This document shows positions 45,794 through 55,567 of a stretch of DNA of 61,690 nucleotides, piece by piece. Position numbers and translations under genes: made by a program. Source of the DNA: a virus. Lineage: Duplodnaviria > Caudoviricetes. Below the pieces are notes generated by a model that was given only the letters and a program-made list of their open reading frames with translations, did not search any database and was not told the origin of the DNA. The stretch is taken from positions 1 through 61,690 of the IMG/VR virus record IMGVR_UViG_3300011430_000002. One strand, written 5' to 3'. Position 1 is the first letter of the stretch; each line of letters opens with the position of its first letter.

Positions 45794-47401
45794 TCAGACT
45801 CCTAACGTCTCTTCGTACAGTTTCAGGATGCCAGCTTGCTGGCGTTCTCGGTCCCTCAGTATCCCGTAAGCACCCCATTCCAGCTTGTTGGCGCCAAGGT
45901 GGATGATGGACATTTTGTGCGTCTGTCCCGGTCTGGCCATCCGTTCGTTGGCTTGGGTGTACTGCTCGGTACTGAAGATTGGGTTGAACCAAATGATAGT
46001 ATCAGCACATGTCAGGTTCAGTCCATGGCTGGCGGTCTTCGGCTGGGCAACAAGGACCTTGGGGTCATCGTTGTCCATGAAGGCGGTGAGGATTGTGTCA
46101 CGTGCCTTGCCTGTCACGTCACCGCTAATGACGGCGTTGGTTATCCCCTGCTTGGTAAGGTACTCGGACACCCGGTCCAGTGCCCGGCGGAAGGACACAA
46201 ACACAATGACCTTGCGGTCGCTCTGGTTGATGCACTCTTCAAGCACATTCAAGCGGTCGGGCATGGAGATGTTGGCGAACTTGCCATACTCCCCGTACAC
46301 GCTGCCGCAGCAGATTTGCAGCAGCTTGCTCATCTTCACGGCGGCATTGACGGCGCTCACTACCACCCCGTTGCCAAGCTCATCGAAGGTCTCGGCCTTC
46401 AGTGACCGTTCCATTTCAAAGTAGGAACGCGCCTGCTCACCGGACAGCTGCACCTCCCGGTCCATGTAGGTGACCGATGGCAGCTGGATGCAATCCTCTT
46501 TCTTGAACCGCACGGCCGGCTGCAAGTACGTGCGTACCACCGCCTGCGCGTTGGCCCTCGGGCGCCACTTGAACGAGCTGACCTTCACTTCCACCATGTC
46601 TTTAAAGCGGGTGAAGGACAGGGGCATCCCCTGCGGGTTGGTCTCCGCGTTGAACGGGTTGACCAGCCGGCCCATTGACCAGCAGTCGGACGGTGCGTTG
46701 GGCGTGGGCGTACCGGTGAGCAGCCACAAGCGAGGGGCGATGCGCTGCACCAGTTCCTTCAACTGCCTGAACCTACGAGAGCGTGGGTCCTTGATGGCTG
46801 TCGCCTCGTCGTAGACGATGAGGTCGATGTCGCCCCTTGCTGCCAACGCGTCGGCCACGATGTGCAGCCCATCGTGGTTGACCATGAAGATGTCCACGTC
46901 CAGTTCCTTCACCATCTGCAGGCGCTTGGCGCGTGGTCCGTGGAGGATGCCCACCGTGCGGCTCGGCGTCACGTTGAATACTTCCCGCTCCCACGTGACC
47001 CGCATGGTGGAGAGTGGGCACACGACCAACACCTTGCGCACCAACCCTTCCTGCTTGAGATGGTCCATGGCCCACAGGGCAGAGGCAGTCTTGCCTGTCC
47101 CCATGTCGTTAAGGCACAGGTTGCGGTAGTTGAGGGTGAGGAACTCGGCGGTCACGCGCTGGTGGTCGAAGGGTTTGTAGCGACCCGGCCAGCTGTAGCG
47201 GGTGGCGATGGTGCTGGGCACAGTCAAACCCATCCTACGAGTGGCTGCCACCGTGTCGGAAGTGTGCGGCGCCGCCAGCATCAGCTGCCCGTTGGTCTCA
47301 ATGACCTTGCTCGCCTTCACGTTGCGAAGGAAGCGGGCCACGTCCGACGTGTCGGGAAACAACATCACCGGCCGGTGCGGGTGGAGTACAACATTGGTCA
47401 T
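45794..47401 (-). CDS. SNF2-family DNA helicase
   Basis: DMGTGKT, YDEA, LTGTP, HGLNL and QANERMARPGQ motifs. Confidence 0.93.
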   Translation of the reverse strand: MTNVVLHPHRPVMLFPDTSDVARFLRNVKASKVIETNGQLMLAAPHTSDTVAATRRMGLTVPSTIATRYSWPGRYKPFDHQRVTAEFLTLNYRNLCLNDMGTGKTASALWAMDHLKQEGLVRKVLVVCPLSTMRVTWEREVFNVTPSRTVGILHGPRAKRLQMVKELDVDIFMVNHDGLHIVADALAARGDIDLIVYDEATAIKDPRSRRFRQLKELVQRIAPRLWLLTGTPTPNAPSDCWSMGRLVNPFNAETNPQGMPLSFTRFKDMVEVKVSSFKWRPRANAQAVVRTYLQPAVRFKKEDCIQLPSVTYMDREVQLSGEQARSYFEMERSLKAETFDELGNGVVVSAVNAAVKMSKLLQICCGSVYGEYGKFANISMPDRLNVLEECINQSDRKVIVFVSFRRALDRVSEYLTKQGITNAVISGDVTGKARDTILTAFMDNDDPKVLVAQPKTASHGLNLTCADTIIWFNPIFSTEQYTQANERMARPGQTHKMSIIHLGANKLEWGAYGILRDRERQQAGILKLYEETLGV

Positions 47402-47838
47402 TGAACCGTACCTCCTTCCAGTGCGATGGCTTGCTTGGCTTCGGCCACTACCTCGGCCGCTTCCTCGGGTGAGAGTGACTGGTAAATTTTCCTACGCTCA
47501 CGGTGCTTGACGATTTCGTGCAGGAACTCAATGCCCATCTCCGCACGACCCGGCGTCATTGGCGACATGTTGATACCGCCGGCCTTGTCCACGTCGATGG
47601 CGAACTTTTCCTGCAGCTTGGTCAGTTCCCTACCGTCCAGCTTCAGCTCCATGGAAATGAACAGGCCACCGAAGCAGATGATGAAGTCACTCACCCCACT
47701 GCTACCGTACCCTGTCGCCGTGTGGTTAATGATTTTGATACTGTCGCCGAACTCTTCCTTCAACCGCTTGCCCATCCACGTGGAGAACTTCGACTCAGTG
47801 GTGAAGTTGGGCACAGCCCTGATTTTTTCCATGTTCAT
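47398..47838 (-). CDS. VRR-NUC nuclease
   Basis: E...GVSDFI...MELK...LTKLQ...AGG. Confidence 0.85.
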   Translation of the reverse strand: MNMEKIRAVPNFTTESKFSTWMGKRLKEEFGDSIKIINHTATGYGSSGVSDFIICFGGLFISMELKLDGRELTKLQEKFAIDVDKAGGINMSPMTPGRAEMGIEFLHEIVKHRERRKIYQSLSPEEAAEVVAEAKQAIALEGGTVQ

Positions 47839-48080
47839 TTCTTGTCTCCTTGTTGGTCAGGAATTTCAAAGCGCATGTAGCCGTACCGAAACCGGTCAGG
47901 CCAGCCGAACTTGGTACGCTCGGCTTTGCAGAGGGCACGTTCTTTTAGAATCTGTGCCCGTGAGTAGGCAACACGCTTGATGCCCCTACGGCCTCGCCCA
48001 AACTGGCCATAGAAAATCATGCGGTGTTCCTCACTGAACTCGGCAGGGCAACCGTCGATGGTGTGGATGTAGAAAATCAT
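47835..48080 (-). CDS. Hypothetical protein
   Basis: Overlapping start and stop with neighbours. Confidence 0.6.
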   Translation of the reverse strand: MIFYIHTIDGCPAEFSEEHRMIFYGQFGRGRRGIKRVAYSRAQILKERALCKAERTKFGWPDRFRYGYMRFEIPDQQGDKK

Positions 48081-48409
48081 GGCGCCACCCTCACCTTGCC
48101 ACCGCACCAGCAGGGGCGGTCGGTGTTGGTTTCATACATGGCTGTTTTGCGCCCACAAGCAGTCATCCACCAAGGGTCTTTATCCGCCCACACGCACTCC
48201 CGCTGCCCTTCCAAGATGTCGGCAAGGGAGCGTAGTTTGCTCGGCACATCTTCGGACAAAAGCAGAGCGACTAAATCCTCAAGCCGGTCAGCCGCCATCC
48301 ATGCGGTGTGTTCCCTAACCGGGAAATCTTCTTCTGTCGCATCCTCGGTGGCTGTTTCGCGCAAGTAATCAATGAAGGTTTTTGTGGTGAACTCCTCGTT
48401 TCGCATCAT
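48077..48409 (-). CDS. Hypothetical protein with C-terminal Cys cluster
   Basis: CVW...TACG...C.CGGKV. Confidence 0.6.
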   Translation of the reverse strand: MMRNEEFTTKTFIDYLRETATEDATEEDFPVREHTAWMAADRLEDLVALLLSEDVPSKLRSLADILEGQRECVWADKDPWWMTACGRKTAMYETNTDRPCWCGGKVRVAP

Positions 48410-48819
48410 CCTTCTCCCCACGGTCTTTCCCGGTCATCACTGAAGATGGTGCGCAGGTTGCAGCCGCAGATGCCACAGTGGATGAACACGTCAGGCTTAC
48501 GCAGGTCATGCACTTCCACCTTGTGCTCGCACTGGTCGGCTTCCTCTTGGGTCAGCGACTTGGCTACGCAGCGGTCAGTCTCTTGCTGCACTGCCACCAC
48601 GTCGGCACCCAGTTGCTCGGCTGGAATCTCGGTGGCAAAGGGCACGGACGATACTACCGGCCCTCGCCCATACCACCGCTCACGCCACGATACCGCCGCG
48701 TTGAAAGTCGTCAGGCACTGGCCCAAGTAGTGGGCAAGGATGAAGTCGGGCGTGTGGCTACCGCTCTCCATACTGTGCCTGTTGATGAGTTGTTCCAGTT
48801 CCTTTCTGAAGCCGGTCAT
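48406..48819 (-). CDS. Hypothetical protein
   Basis: FRKELEQLINRHSME.GS.TPDFILA motif; C-terminal C..C. Confidence 0.65.
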   Translation of the reverse strand: MTGFRKELEQLINRHSMESGSHTPDFILAHYLGQCLTTFNAAVSWRERWYGRGPVVSSVPFATEIPAEQLGADVVAVQQETDRCVAKSLTQEEADQCEHKVEVHDLRKPDVFIHCGICGCNLRTIFSDDRERPWGEG

Positions 48820-49031
48820 GGCGTTTCCTCCTTGACGACAGGTGTGCAGTGATAGCCTTGGTCCAGTTCCATTATTTTGAGATGGGTCCATGAGCCTCCA
48901 TTGGTGCATGAGGAAGCCACTTGAGCAAAGGCACAGCCACGCGCCCAGAAAATGAACAGCAGCATCACGAGGGCTACAGCAACGCTGACCGGGAAGACAT
49001 CGTTCTCGTCTGATTTTCTTGGGTCAGTCAT
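48816..49031 (-). CDS. Small membrane or secreted protein
   Basis: One TM helix followed by Cys residues. Confidence 0.55.
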   Translation of the reverse strand: MTDPRKSDENDVFPVSVAVALVMLLFIFWARGCAFAQVASSCTNGGSWTHLKIMELDQGYHCTPVVKEETP

Positions 49032-49441
49032 GGCCTGTTCTCCAGCTTCTCTTCCAACTCGTCGGCACAGTCACTCATGCCGCCAGCCATGCAGTCCGTG
49101 TTCAGATACTTACGGTGCAGATTGCGAATGGCGTACGCCTCGGGCACATCAGCCATCGCTTTACTGCGCCACTCCCCCGGCAGGGGACGCACCCGTTCCA
49201 GCGTTGCCTTGAGGGTGGTGATTTCATCGCGCAGTTGATTGTTTGCCTGAATGTAGCCTTCCAGCGATTGCAAGGCTTCTGATTCTGACACGCCAAATTC
49301 ACGGCGCATGAGCCTGTCATTATCCCCCCGCAGCCTGTCCAGTTCGTCGGCTGCATCTACCACGACCTTTATGTGGTTACGTGCCAGAGGTACTACGTTG
49401 GCAATGTGGCGCAGTTCGTTGGTGTCGATGGCGTCAGTCAT
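49028..49441 (-). CDS. Hypothetical coiled-coil protein
   Basis: AADELDRL motif, shared with 50281..50682. Confidence 0.6.
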   Translation of the reverse strand: MTDAIDTNELRHIANVVPLARNHIKVVVDAADELDRLRGDNDRLMRREFGVSESEALQSLEGYIQANNQLRDEITTLKATLERVRPLPGEWRSKAMADVPEAYAIRNLHRKYLNTDCMAGGMSDCADELEEKLENRP

Positions 49442-49611
49442 GGCTTGCGCTCCCCCGTCACTGTCAACAAGACGGCACAAGTCCAGCCCAATCCAAACGC
49501 GGAGGTAGCGGAGGAAGCGACACGGCCCATTGCGATGGATAACAACATGAGGCCGCCCAGCAGCAGGATGACGAACAAGAGCAGCAGCTTCAGTTTCAGT
49601 TGGTCGGTCAT
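49438..49611 (-). CDS. 57-aa two-TM protein, absent from the ORF track
   Basis: MTDQLKLKLLLLFVILLLGGLMLLSIAMG...; ATGA overlaps on both sides. Confidence 0.6.
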   Translation of the reverse strand: MTDQLKLKLLLLFVILLLGGLMLLSIAMGRVASSATSAFGLGWTCAVLLTVTGERKP

Positions 49612-49919
49612 GGCAGTTGCTCTGCTTCAGGTTCAGGGGCCTTGATTTCCACCGTCATGCCGGTCTGCTGACGAATGTAATCAGCGATGTTCGCTTGCAC
49701 CTTGGGGGTCAGGTCGAAGCTGCCACTCACGTTAGGCAATGTCGCCGTGAAGGTAAGCACCGGCTTCTCAAACAACGCGGTGGGAATGTCCAGATTTACG
49801 TGGATGGCTACCTCGTTGGAAGCCAAGGACGGTTTCTTCTTGGTGACCCGGGTAGCGCCCGGCTCCCAGTAGGTGTATCGCTTGCGTGCGGAGACCACCA
49901 AGTACAGTTCGATGTTCAT
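49608..49919 (-). CDS. Hypothetical protein
   Basis: GGAG RBS; overlapping operon structure. Confidence 0.65.
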   Translation of the reverse strand: MNIELYLVVSARKRYTYWEPGATRVTKKKPSLASNEVAIHVNLDIPTALFEKPVLTFTATLPNVSGSFDLTPKVQANIADYIRQQTGMTVEIKAPEPEAEQLP

Positions 49920-50284
49920 GGCGCTCTCTCCACAGTGGGTAGGGCCTGCACCCGGTTCCAATTAAAGTAGGCCCCACTTTCCCAGTACCCTTGCCAACAG
50001 GTGCCATCAGCAGCCAGTGCGTACAACCGCTCAACCCCCGAACCTACCGCTGCAATCTGCACGATGGCCCGGGGGTTCCACAGCTGGGTCCGCACCCCTG
50101 CCACCTCATTGAGAATGGCGTACTTGGTGCGCAGCTTTTCAAACTCAGCTTCGGCGGTGCGCAGTTGCTCGCGTAGCCCCTTCACTGTCAGCAGCATGTA
50201 CACGATGTCCTTGTGTGACGCAGGCCCATGCCCCTGCAGCCGGGCGGCGACCTCATCAAACGTCTCGGGTTTCTTGGTGCTCAT
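49916..50284 (-). CDS. Hypothetical protein
   Basis: Coiled coil plus LYALAADGTCW module. Confidence 0.65.
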   Translation of the reverse strand: MSTKKPETFDEVAARLQGHGPASHKDIVYMLLTVKGLREQLRTAEAEFEKLRTKYAILNEVAGVRTQLWNPRAIVQIAAVGSGVERLYALAADGTCWQGYWESGAYFNWNRVQALPTVERAP

Positions 50285-50682
50285 ATCATGTTCTCCCCGT
50301 ACTCAGGCGCGGCGTCATGGTCCAGTACCAGTGGCCCACCCCTTGGCTCGCTGTTGGTAAGGGCCGCAACCTGTGCCTCCAGTCGTGCCTTGATGGCAAG
50401 CAGGGTCACGTTGTAGGCGTGCAGTCCCTCAACATATTCCTCCACCAACTCCAGTGGATGAGCTTGGCAGGGGGAATTGTCGTAACGCTTTTGCCCCATG
50501 ATGCGCACAGCAAGGGCTTCGGTGCTGGTTCTCCACTGAGCAAGCTCGGCGTGTAGGCGGTCAAGTTCGTCGGCTGCATTGTTCAGCAGGTTACTCAGGT
50601 TCACTTCCACCATGGCGTTAGTGACCACGATGTATTCGTAGGTCGCCTTGCGCAGCAGGTCGGTGTCTACCTTGATGCTCAT
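50281..50682 (-). CDS. Hypothetical protein
   Basis: AADELDRL motif; overlapping neighbours. Confidence 0.6.
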   Translation of the reverse strand: MSIKVDTDLLRKATYEYIVVTNAMVEVNLSNLLNNAADELDRLHAELAQWRTSTEALAVRIMGQKRYDNSPCQAHPLELVEEYVEGLHAYNVTLLAIKARLEAQVAALTNSEPRGGPLVLDHDAAPEYGENMI

Positions 50683-51470
50683 TTCAACACCTGCTTCACC
50701 ACGCGGTGCATGTCATAGGGCAGCACCATTTCGTCCTCGCCCCGCCCTTGCCATGGACCGATGGTGTTCTTGGCTACCACCTCGGCAGTAAGCAGCATGG
50801 GTGCGCCTCGTTCACCGCAGCCGGCGAAGCGTTGCGCAAACCAGATGGCCCGGTCCCGGTCCAGTGTCCACGACAGGCCATAGCGTTCCATGAACTCGGC
50901 GCCCTCATTGGTGCAGGTACCCCGGTACACAACGATGGTCGGGTCTTCGTCCTTGGGTGACGCCTTCTTGCCAACCAACTGGTTCCTTGCCGCCCATTCG
51001 TCAGCGGTGTACAGGTGGGTCCAGTTGGCGGTGAGGTGGAGGCTGGCCTCTTGGTACTGGTGCAGCCAGTCGAACCACTCCATCCACAGTTCCTTGTTGA
51101 CGTGCGGGCTTTCGCAGTCCATCCATACAGCCTTGGTCAGCTCGGCCCGCACCCCTTCCGATATGTCATAGTCGGATTCCAACAGGTTGAACAGGAAGTC
51201 CATGCGGAACGGCCGCTCGGTCAGCCACAGGCACTGCTCCCAGTCCTTGGCTTCCACGGCCTCGTTGAACGCTGCCACCTTGTTGGTGAGGATGCCCTTC
51301 AGGCCCAAGTCCTTGAACATGCCCAGCGGTGGCAACGTGTCGGGAAGGGCCACGCCCACGTACAGCGGGTGCCGGTACAAGGGCAGGGCGGCGATGCTGG
51401 TATCAAGGGTCGCCTTGACCGCGTGCATCAGGCGGTCAATGTTGGTGGTGTACAGCAATGACTTGCTCAT
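50679..51470 (-). CDS. Putative R-S-E type ADP-ribosyltransferase-fold protein
   Basis: VYRG ... LSWT ... A..FA ... EDE order of motifs. Confidence 0.55.
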   Translation of the reverse strand: MSKSLLYTTNIDRLMHAVKATLDTSIAALPLYRHPLYVGVALPDTLPPLGMFKDLGLKGILTNKVAAFNEAVEAKDWEQCLWLTERPFRMDFLFNLLESDYDISEGVRAELTKAVWMDCESPHVNKELWMEWFDWLHQYQEASLHLTANWTHLYTADEWAARNQLVGKKASPKDEDPTIVVYRGTCTNEGAEFMERYGLSWTLDRDRAIWFAQRFAGCGERGAPMLLTAEVVAKNTIGPWQGRGEDEMVLPYDMHRVVKQVLK

Positions 51471-51496
51471 TTGTTTTTCCTCGCTCTGGTCGGTGG

Positions 51497-51739
51497 TTAC
51501 TGTGGAATGTTCAGCGGCAGCTCAAGCTGGGCTGGGTCGATGGTGCGTCCTACCTCTGGCGCTTCGTCGTCAGCCTTGGGCAACGCTGCCAACAAGCCGG
51601 CAGGAATCCTGATTGCCTTCATCTGCTGGCCGGTGGCGGTGCGGGTCACGTCGAAAACGTACAGGCCACCTCGGTCCACGAACCTGAACTTCAAGGTCAG
51701 GTCCATCTGGTGGGTCTTACTCGGTCCTCGCATACTCAT
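51497..51739 (-). CDS. Small protein with C-terminal QLELPL motif
   Basis: 80 aa; GGAGG RBS. Confidence 0.65.
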   Translation of the reverse strand: MSMRGPSKTHQMDLTLKFRFVDRGGLYVFDVTRTATGQQMKAIRIPAGLLAALPKADDEAPEVGRTIDPAQLELPLNIPQ

Positions 51740-52431
51740 TTTTTAAATCCTCCATTGTGTTTGCATGTGGTGACTGGGCAATACTTAGCGCACAGTCCGC
51801 TCGGGTTTTCTGGCCAGCTGCCTGCCACCATGGCGTCAGTCAGTTCACGCACGGTGGGCAGGTACTGCTTCCATAACGTGGTCTCGCGGTCGCGTGTGAA
51901 CCCAAGGAAACTCAGGTCCCCATCGTGGGCCAGCCAACAGAAGGCTGACATCACCCGGTTCACGGTTGGGTAGTGACGGAACACGAACGCAGCTTGTAGT
52001 GCCAGCTGCTTGTCGTCGTCCTTCTTCTTACCTGTCTTCCAGTCGATGGCGATGGCATTGCCTGTGGTCATGTTGGCCATGAGTACGTCGGTGATGCAGC
52101 GTCCCCACGTGTCGGTACCGAACCAGCCGCAGGGCTTCAGCTTCGTATCCACGGCCAGCTGCTGCTCGCACAGGATGGGTGCGTCAAGGCGCCGGCCCAG
52201 TTCCTCTACCTTCAGGGCGTGCGGCTCGTACTGCATCATGTCTGCTGGCAACGTGACGCCAAGGGACAGCCTACGCTCCAGTGCCTTGTGCACTTTCTTA
52301 CCCCAGTCGGCCTCGGGTCCGAAGTCCTCCACGAAATTCTTGGCGATGCTCAGTTCAAAGAACCTACGGGGGCAGGTCTTGAACGCAGTCACCCGGGAGT
52401 GGGACCACGCAATTACCGGTGCGCCGCTCAT
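51736..52431 (-). CDS. PD-(D/E)xK exonuclease (RecB/Cas4-like)
   Basis: WSHS...CPR, G..VH.ALE, IDWKTGK, QL, C..CPV..C.H. Confidence 0.9.
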   Translation of the reverse strand: MSGAPVIAWSHSRVTAFKTCPRRFFELSIAKNFVEDFGPEADWGKKVHKALERRLSLGVTLPADMMQYEPHALKVEELGRRLDAPILCEQQLAVDTKLKPCGWFGTDTWGRCITDVLMANMTTGNAIAIDWKTGKKKDDDKQLALQAAFVFRHYPTVNRVMSAFCWLAHDGDLSFLGFTRDRETTLWKQYLPTVRELTDAMVAGSWPENPSGLCAKYCPVTTCKHNGGFKK

Positions 52432-52826
52432 CGCTTGGCCTTGGGCTTGATGACTTGCGGCTTGTTACCCTTGGGCTTGATGTACTGCAGCTTGTGGGTG
52501 GACAGGTAGTGCTCACCATCCGGTGTCAACATGTGGCGAATCACCACCTCGCTTTCCAGTTCCACCCGTTCAAGGTAACCACGGTCTCGTAGTCGCTTCA
52601 GCACGTGGTACAGGTAGTCGCGGGTCTTGGCCTCACCGGTCACGTTCCAGATGTAGACCAGCAGTTCATCGACAGTCGCTGGCCCACAGTGGTCGCAGTA
52701 CACCAGCGCCAGTGAGTGGGCAGTGGGTGCCCTCTTGTCGCGAGGCTTGGTCATCTCTGCCAACAGGTCTGCAGGCAGGGTTTCATTTACAGTCGGCATA
52801 CGTTGCTCCAGCATGGGCTTCTCCAA
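52428..52826 (-). CDS. Winged-helix DNA-binding protein
   Basis: GPATVDEL...LYHVLKRLRDRGYLER. Confidence 0.65.
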   Translation of the reverse strand: MEKPMLEQRMPTVNETLPADLLAEMTKPRDKRAPTAHSLALVYCDHCGPATVDELLVYIWNVTGEAKTRDYLYHVLKRLRDRGYLERVELESEVVIRHMLTPDGEHYLSTHKLQYIKPKGNKPQVIKPKAKR

Positions 52827-54720
52827 ATACAGGTAGTTCGGGCCACCATTTTGGTGACTCGGAAAAAATCTTCTCGGCCATGGTGCACACCTTGTCCATG
52901 TGGATATGGTCGGGGATGAGGCACAGGCTTTCGTCGTGAATGGACATCACGGTGCGGCAGGCAGGGTCAACCTCTTCTTTTAAGTACCTGTCCAGTTTCA
53001 GTTGCTGCCCAAACACCACGTTGCGAGCCAGTGCTTGGCAGATATTTTCAAAACACTTCGCACCCCACAGCCGGGCATCTTCCAGTCTATGGGTGTCTTG
53101 GTTATAGCGGCTGTACACCAGCTCCCTACGCTCGTCACCGTCACGTTGGTAGCGTAGCTTGGGGTAGGTAATGCTCAGCCCGGTAGCTGGCATCGTGAAG
53201 CCAGCGCAGCCGGCCGTTGTGTTCGGGTTGGCAAACACCAGCCTGTCATTCCACCAGCCTTCCTGCTGCCCACGTTCCAGCTTGGCCAGCACATAGTCCA
53301 GTTGCTTCCATGTCGCCACGATGTGAGGGAAGGTCGCACGGTACAAGGCCACCACCCGCATGGCCTCTTCGGCTTCCAGCTCCACACCCCAGCCATAGGC
53401 GGCGTTCATGTACCCGCCCCATCCGGTACCGTATTGAAGCGAGAGCATGGCAATCTTGCCGCACAGTCGCTCATGCTTGGTCACGTCCTCTGGCACCTTG
53501 CCGTACATCTGCGCAGCGAACATGACATACAGGTCAGTGGTCGGGTCCCACAGTGCGCTCAGTACCTCGCTTTCCCTTGCCAACGCCATGGCAATGCGCA
53601 GTTCCACGTTGGTGCTGTCTACCGACATCATCTGGAAACCGCGTGGCGCCATCACCGCCTTGCGTAGCTTGGAACCCCGGCCCAAGTTCTGCGGGTTACC
53701 CCCGCCCCCGCTGCCACCACTCAGGCGGTGCGTGGTACGTGCCCCTGAAAGGTTCAGGTCCACCGGCCACGTGCCCCGCTGGGCAACGCCAAGGTAACTA
53801 CGAGCGCGTGTGTCCATGATACTGGTCTTGATGCGCAGCCTCGCCTTCACCAAGTTGGCAACGGCCGGGTTGTCATGGTCAACCAGCTTCACGAAGGACG
53901 GGTCGGACTGGGCAAACGCGTACGTCTCCTTGCCCGTGGTCGGGGAGATTTTGGTGGGCGGCGTCACCCCGTGTGACTGCAACAACGTGGCCAGCTGCTT
54001 GTTGCTACGCACTTGCACCATGTTGGTAGCCACACTCAGGTCCAGTGCTGCCTGCTTCTCTGACTCTTCGATGGCAAGCACCTCGGCCAGTGGGTCGGGG
54101 TCCAGTTCCAACATGGGGTCAGTGAACATGCGGGTCACGAAGTCCACGGTCAGCAGGTTGAAGTCACGTGCCTCGTCGTTACCTTTCATCCACCGATAGA
54201 ACAAGCTGTACAGCATGTGCGCCTTGTCGCAGTCGCCCTTGCAATACTCGCCCATTTCATAGGCTTCCTCGGGTGACAGGCGATACCGGCCCTCAAGGTC
54301 GAACAGCACACGCTGGTCCTTGTCCTCTCCGGGCAGCAACAGCTTGGTCAAGTGGGCAAGGCTCGTTGACTGCAAGTTGTTACCGAACATCATGCTTGCC
54401 AACGAGCGGGTATCCACCCAGTGCTGCGGCCTTACGTCGTAGTGATGACTCAACACCAGCCCGTCGAACTTGGCGTTGTGCGCCAGCATGGTGGTAGCCT
54501 TGAAGTCGGAGCGCCGGAAGAACTCGGCTACCTTCTTGTGGCCATACAACCACAGGCTGGGGTTGCTTCCCTTCTTGACGCCAACACCATAGGTCAGCCA
54601 GCGTGGGTCGCGGATGTACTCCTCGGTGGATTGATGTTTGAAGCCCAGCTTCTCGGCGTCACTGAACCGCGACTCAAAGTCCACTGTCACCACGTTGTCA
54701 GGGTGCAATAGCTCAATCAT
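52783..54720 (-). CDS. DNA polymerase, family A, with 3'-5' exonuclease
   Basis: VDFE, AHNAKFD, YC..D (exonuclease); DSTNVELR, R..GK...L...YG, IHDE (motifs A, B, C). Confidence 0.93.
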   Translation of the reverse strand: MIELLHPDNVVTVDFESRFSDAEKLGFKHQSTEEYIRDPRWLTYGVGVKKGSNPSLWLYGHKKVAEFFRRSDFKATTMLAHNAKFDGLVLSHHYDVRPQHWVDTRSLASMMFGNNLQSTSLAHLTKLLLPGEDKDQRVLFDLEGRYRLSPEEAYEMGEYCKGDCDKAHMLYSLFYRWMKGNDEARDFNLLTVDFVTRMFTDPMLELDPDPLAEVLAIEESEKQAALDLSVATNMVQVRSNKQLATLLQSHGVTPPTKISPTTGKETYAFAQSDPSFVKLVDHDNPAVANLVKARLRIKTSIMDTRARSYLGVAQRGTWPVDLNLSGARTTHRLSGGSGGGGNPQNLGRGSKLRKAVMAPRGFQMMSVDSTNVELRIAMALARESEVLSALWDPTTDLYVMFAAQMYGKVPEDVTKHERLCGKIAMLSLQYGTGWGGYMNAAYGWGVELEAEEAMRVVALYRATFPHIVATWKQLDYVLAKLERGQQEGWWNDRLVFANPNTTAGCAGFTMPATGLSITYPKLRYQRDGDERRELVYSRYNQDTHRLEDARLWGAKCFENICQALARNVVFGQQLKLDRYLKEEVDPACRTVMSIHDESLCLIPDHIHMDKVCTMAEKIFSESPKWWPELPVFGEAHAGATYADCK

Positions 54721-55126
54721 TCAAGTGCCCCTGCCGTACCGTGAGAATTCTTCGCAGCTCAAAGTGAGCGGCGGGTAGCACTGACTGCACCATGACCCGT
54801 GCCGCAGCGGTGGCTACCAACGAGTGGGTACCGCACTTGAGCAGGTCGGCGAAGGTTGCTCCCCGTTCGGGTGCAATGCGTACCAACGGGTCAATCTGCG
54901 TGACCACACTGGCCACTGATGCCTCACGGTCCAGCCGGGTAGCGGTGGCCATCGGTGGGCCATAGGTGTCCATGTCCCTTGGCCTCACGGTGGCAAGCAG
55001 CACGAAGCTGAAGTCACCATCCGGGTCCACGTTGTGCTGGTCATTCTGCTGCTCCAAGGCGATGAAGTATTCCTTCAGCATGGCGTGGAGCTTCAGCGAC
55101 AGGGCGTCGATGTCAGGCTTTGGCAT
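54713..55126 (-). CDS. Hypothetical protein
   Basis: AAAGGA RBS; in operon. Confidence 0.6.
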   Translation of the reverse strand: MPKPDIDALSLKLHAMLKEYFIALEQQNDQHNVDPDGDFSFVLLATVRPRDMDTYGPPMATATRLDREASVASVVTQIDPLVRIAPERGATFADLLKCGTHSLVATAAARVMVQSVLPAAHFELRRILTVRQGHLND

Positions 55127-55565
55127 TTCCTTTCTCCTGCTTCAGCCACGGGTGGGTACCGGCAGCTGGCAACTTGTGGGGAGCGAACTCGCTCGGTGCA
55201 TAGGGTACATCGGCGAACGACTCACCCCTTAGCAACCGGGCGATAACCAGTGGCTGGTATCCCAACTGCTTGGCAATGGACAAGGGGGTCTTGCCGGCCA
55301 TGAACAGGTCACGTGCCCGGTTGATGTCGTACTCGGACACCCTACGATTCTTGGTCGGCACGATGCCGGCGCCGGGTGCCTGCCCTTGAATGTGCAGCAG
55401 CAGGTTCCTGATACCAGTCAATGACAAACGCTCTGGTCCTGTCAGTGCGACAGCCCGGTCTTTCAACACGCCGTTAAGGTGCTTGGTCTGCAGGTCCAGC
55501 AGCGTCATGTCAACGTCTTCGATGGTGATGCTCTTCGGTGCTTGGGTCGGTGAATTAACAGCCAT
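55113..55565 (-). CDS. HTH-containing protein
   Basis: ARDLFMAGKTPLSIAKQLGY...IARLLRG. Confidence 0.65.
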   Translation of the reverse strand: MAVNSPTQAPKSITIEDVDMTLLDLQTKHLNGVLKDRAVALTGPERLSLTGIRNLLLHIQGQAPGAGIVPTKNRRVSEYDINRARDLFMAGKTPLSIAKQLGYQPLVIARLLRGESFADVPYAPSEFAPHKLPAAGTHPWLKQEKGNAKA

Positions 55566-55567
55566 GG

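Noticed and set aside
51736-52431. Cas4-like nuclease as part of a CRISPR system
   Set aside because: Typical stand-alone phage replication exonuclease next to PolA
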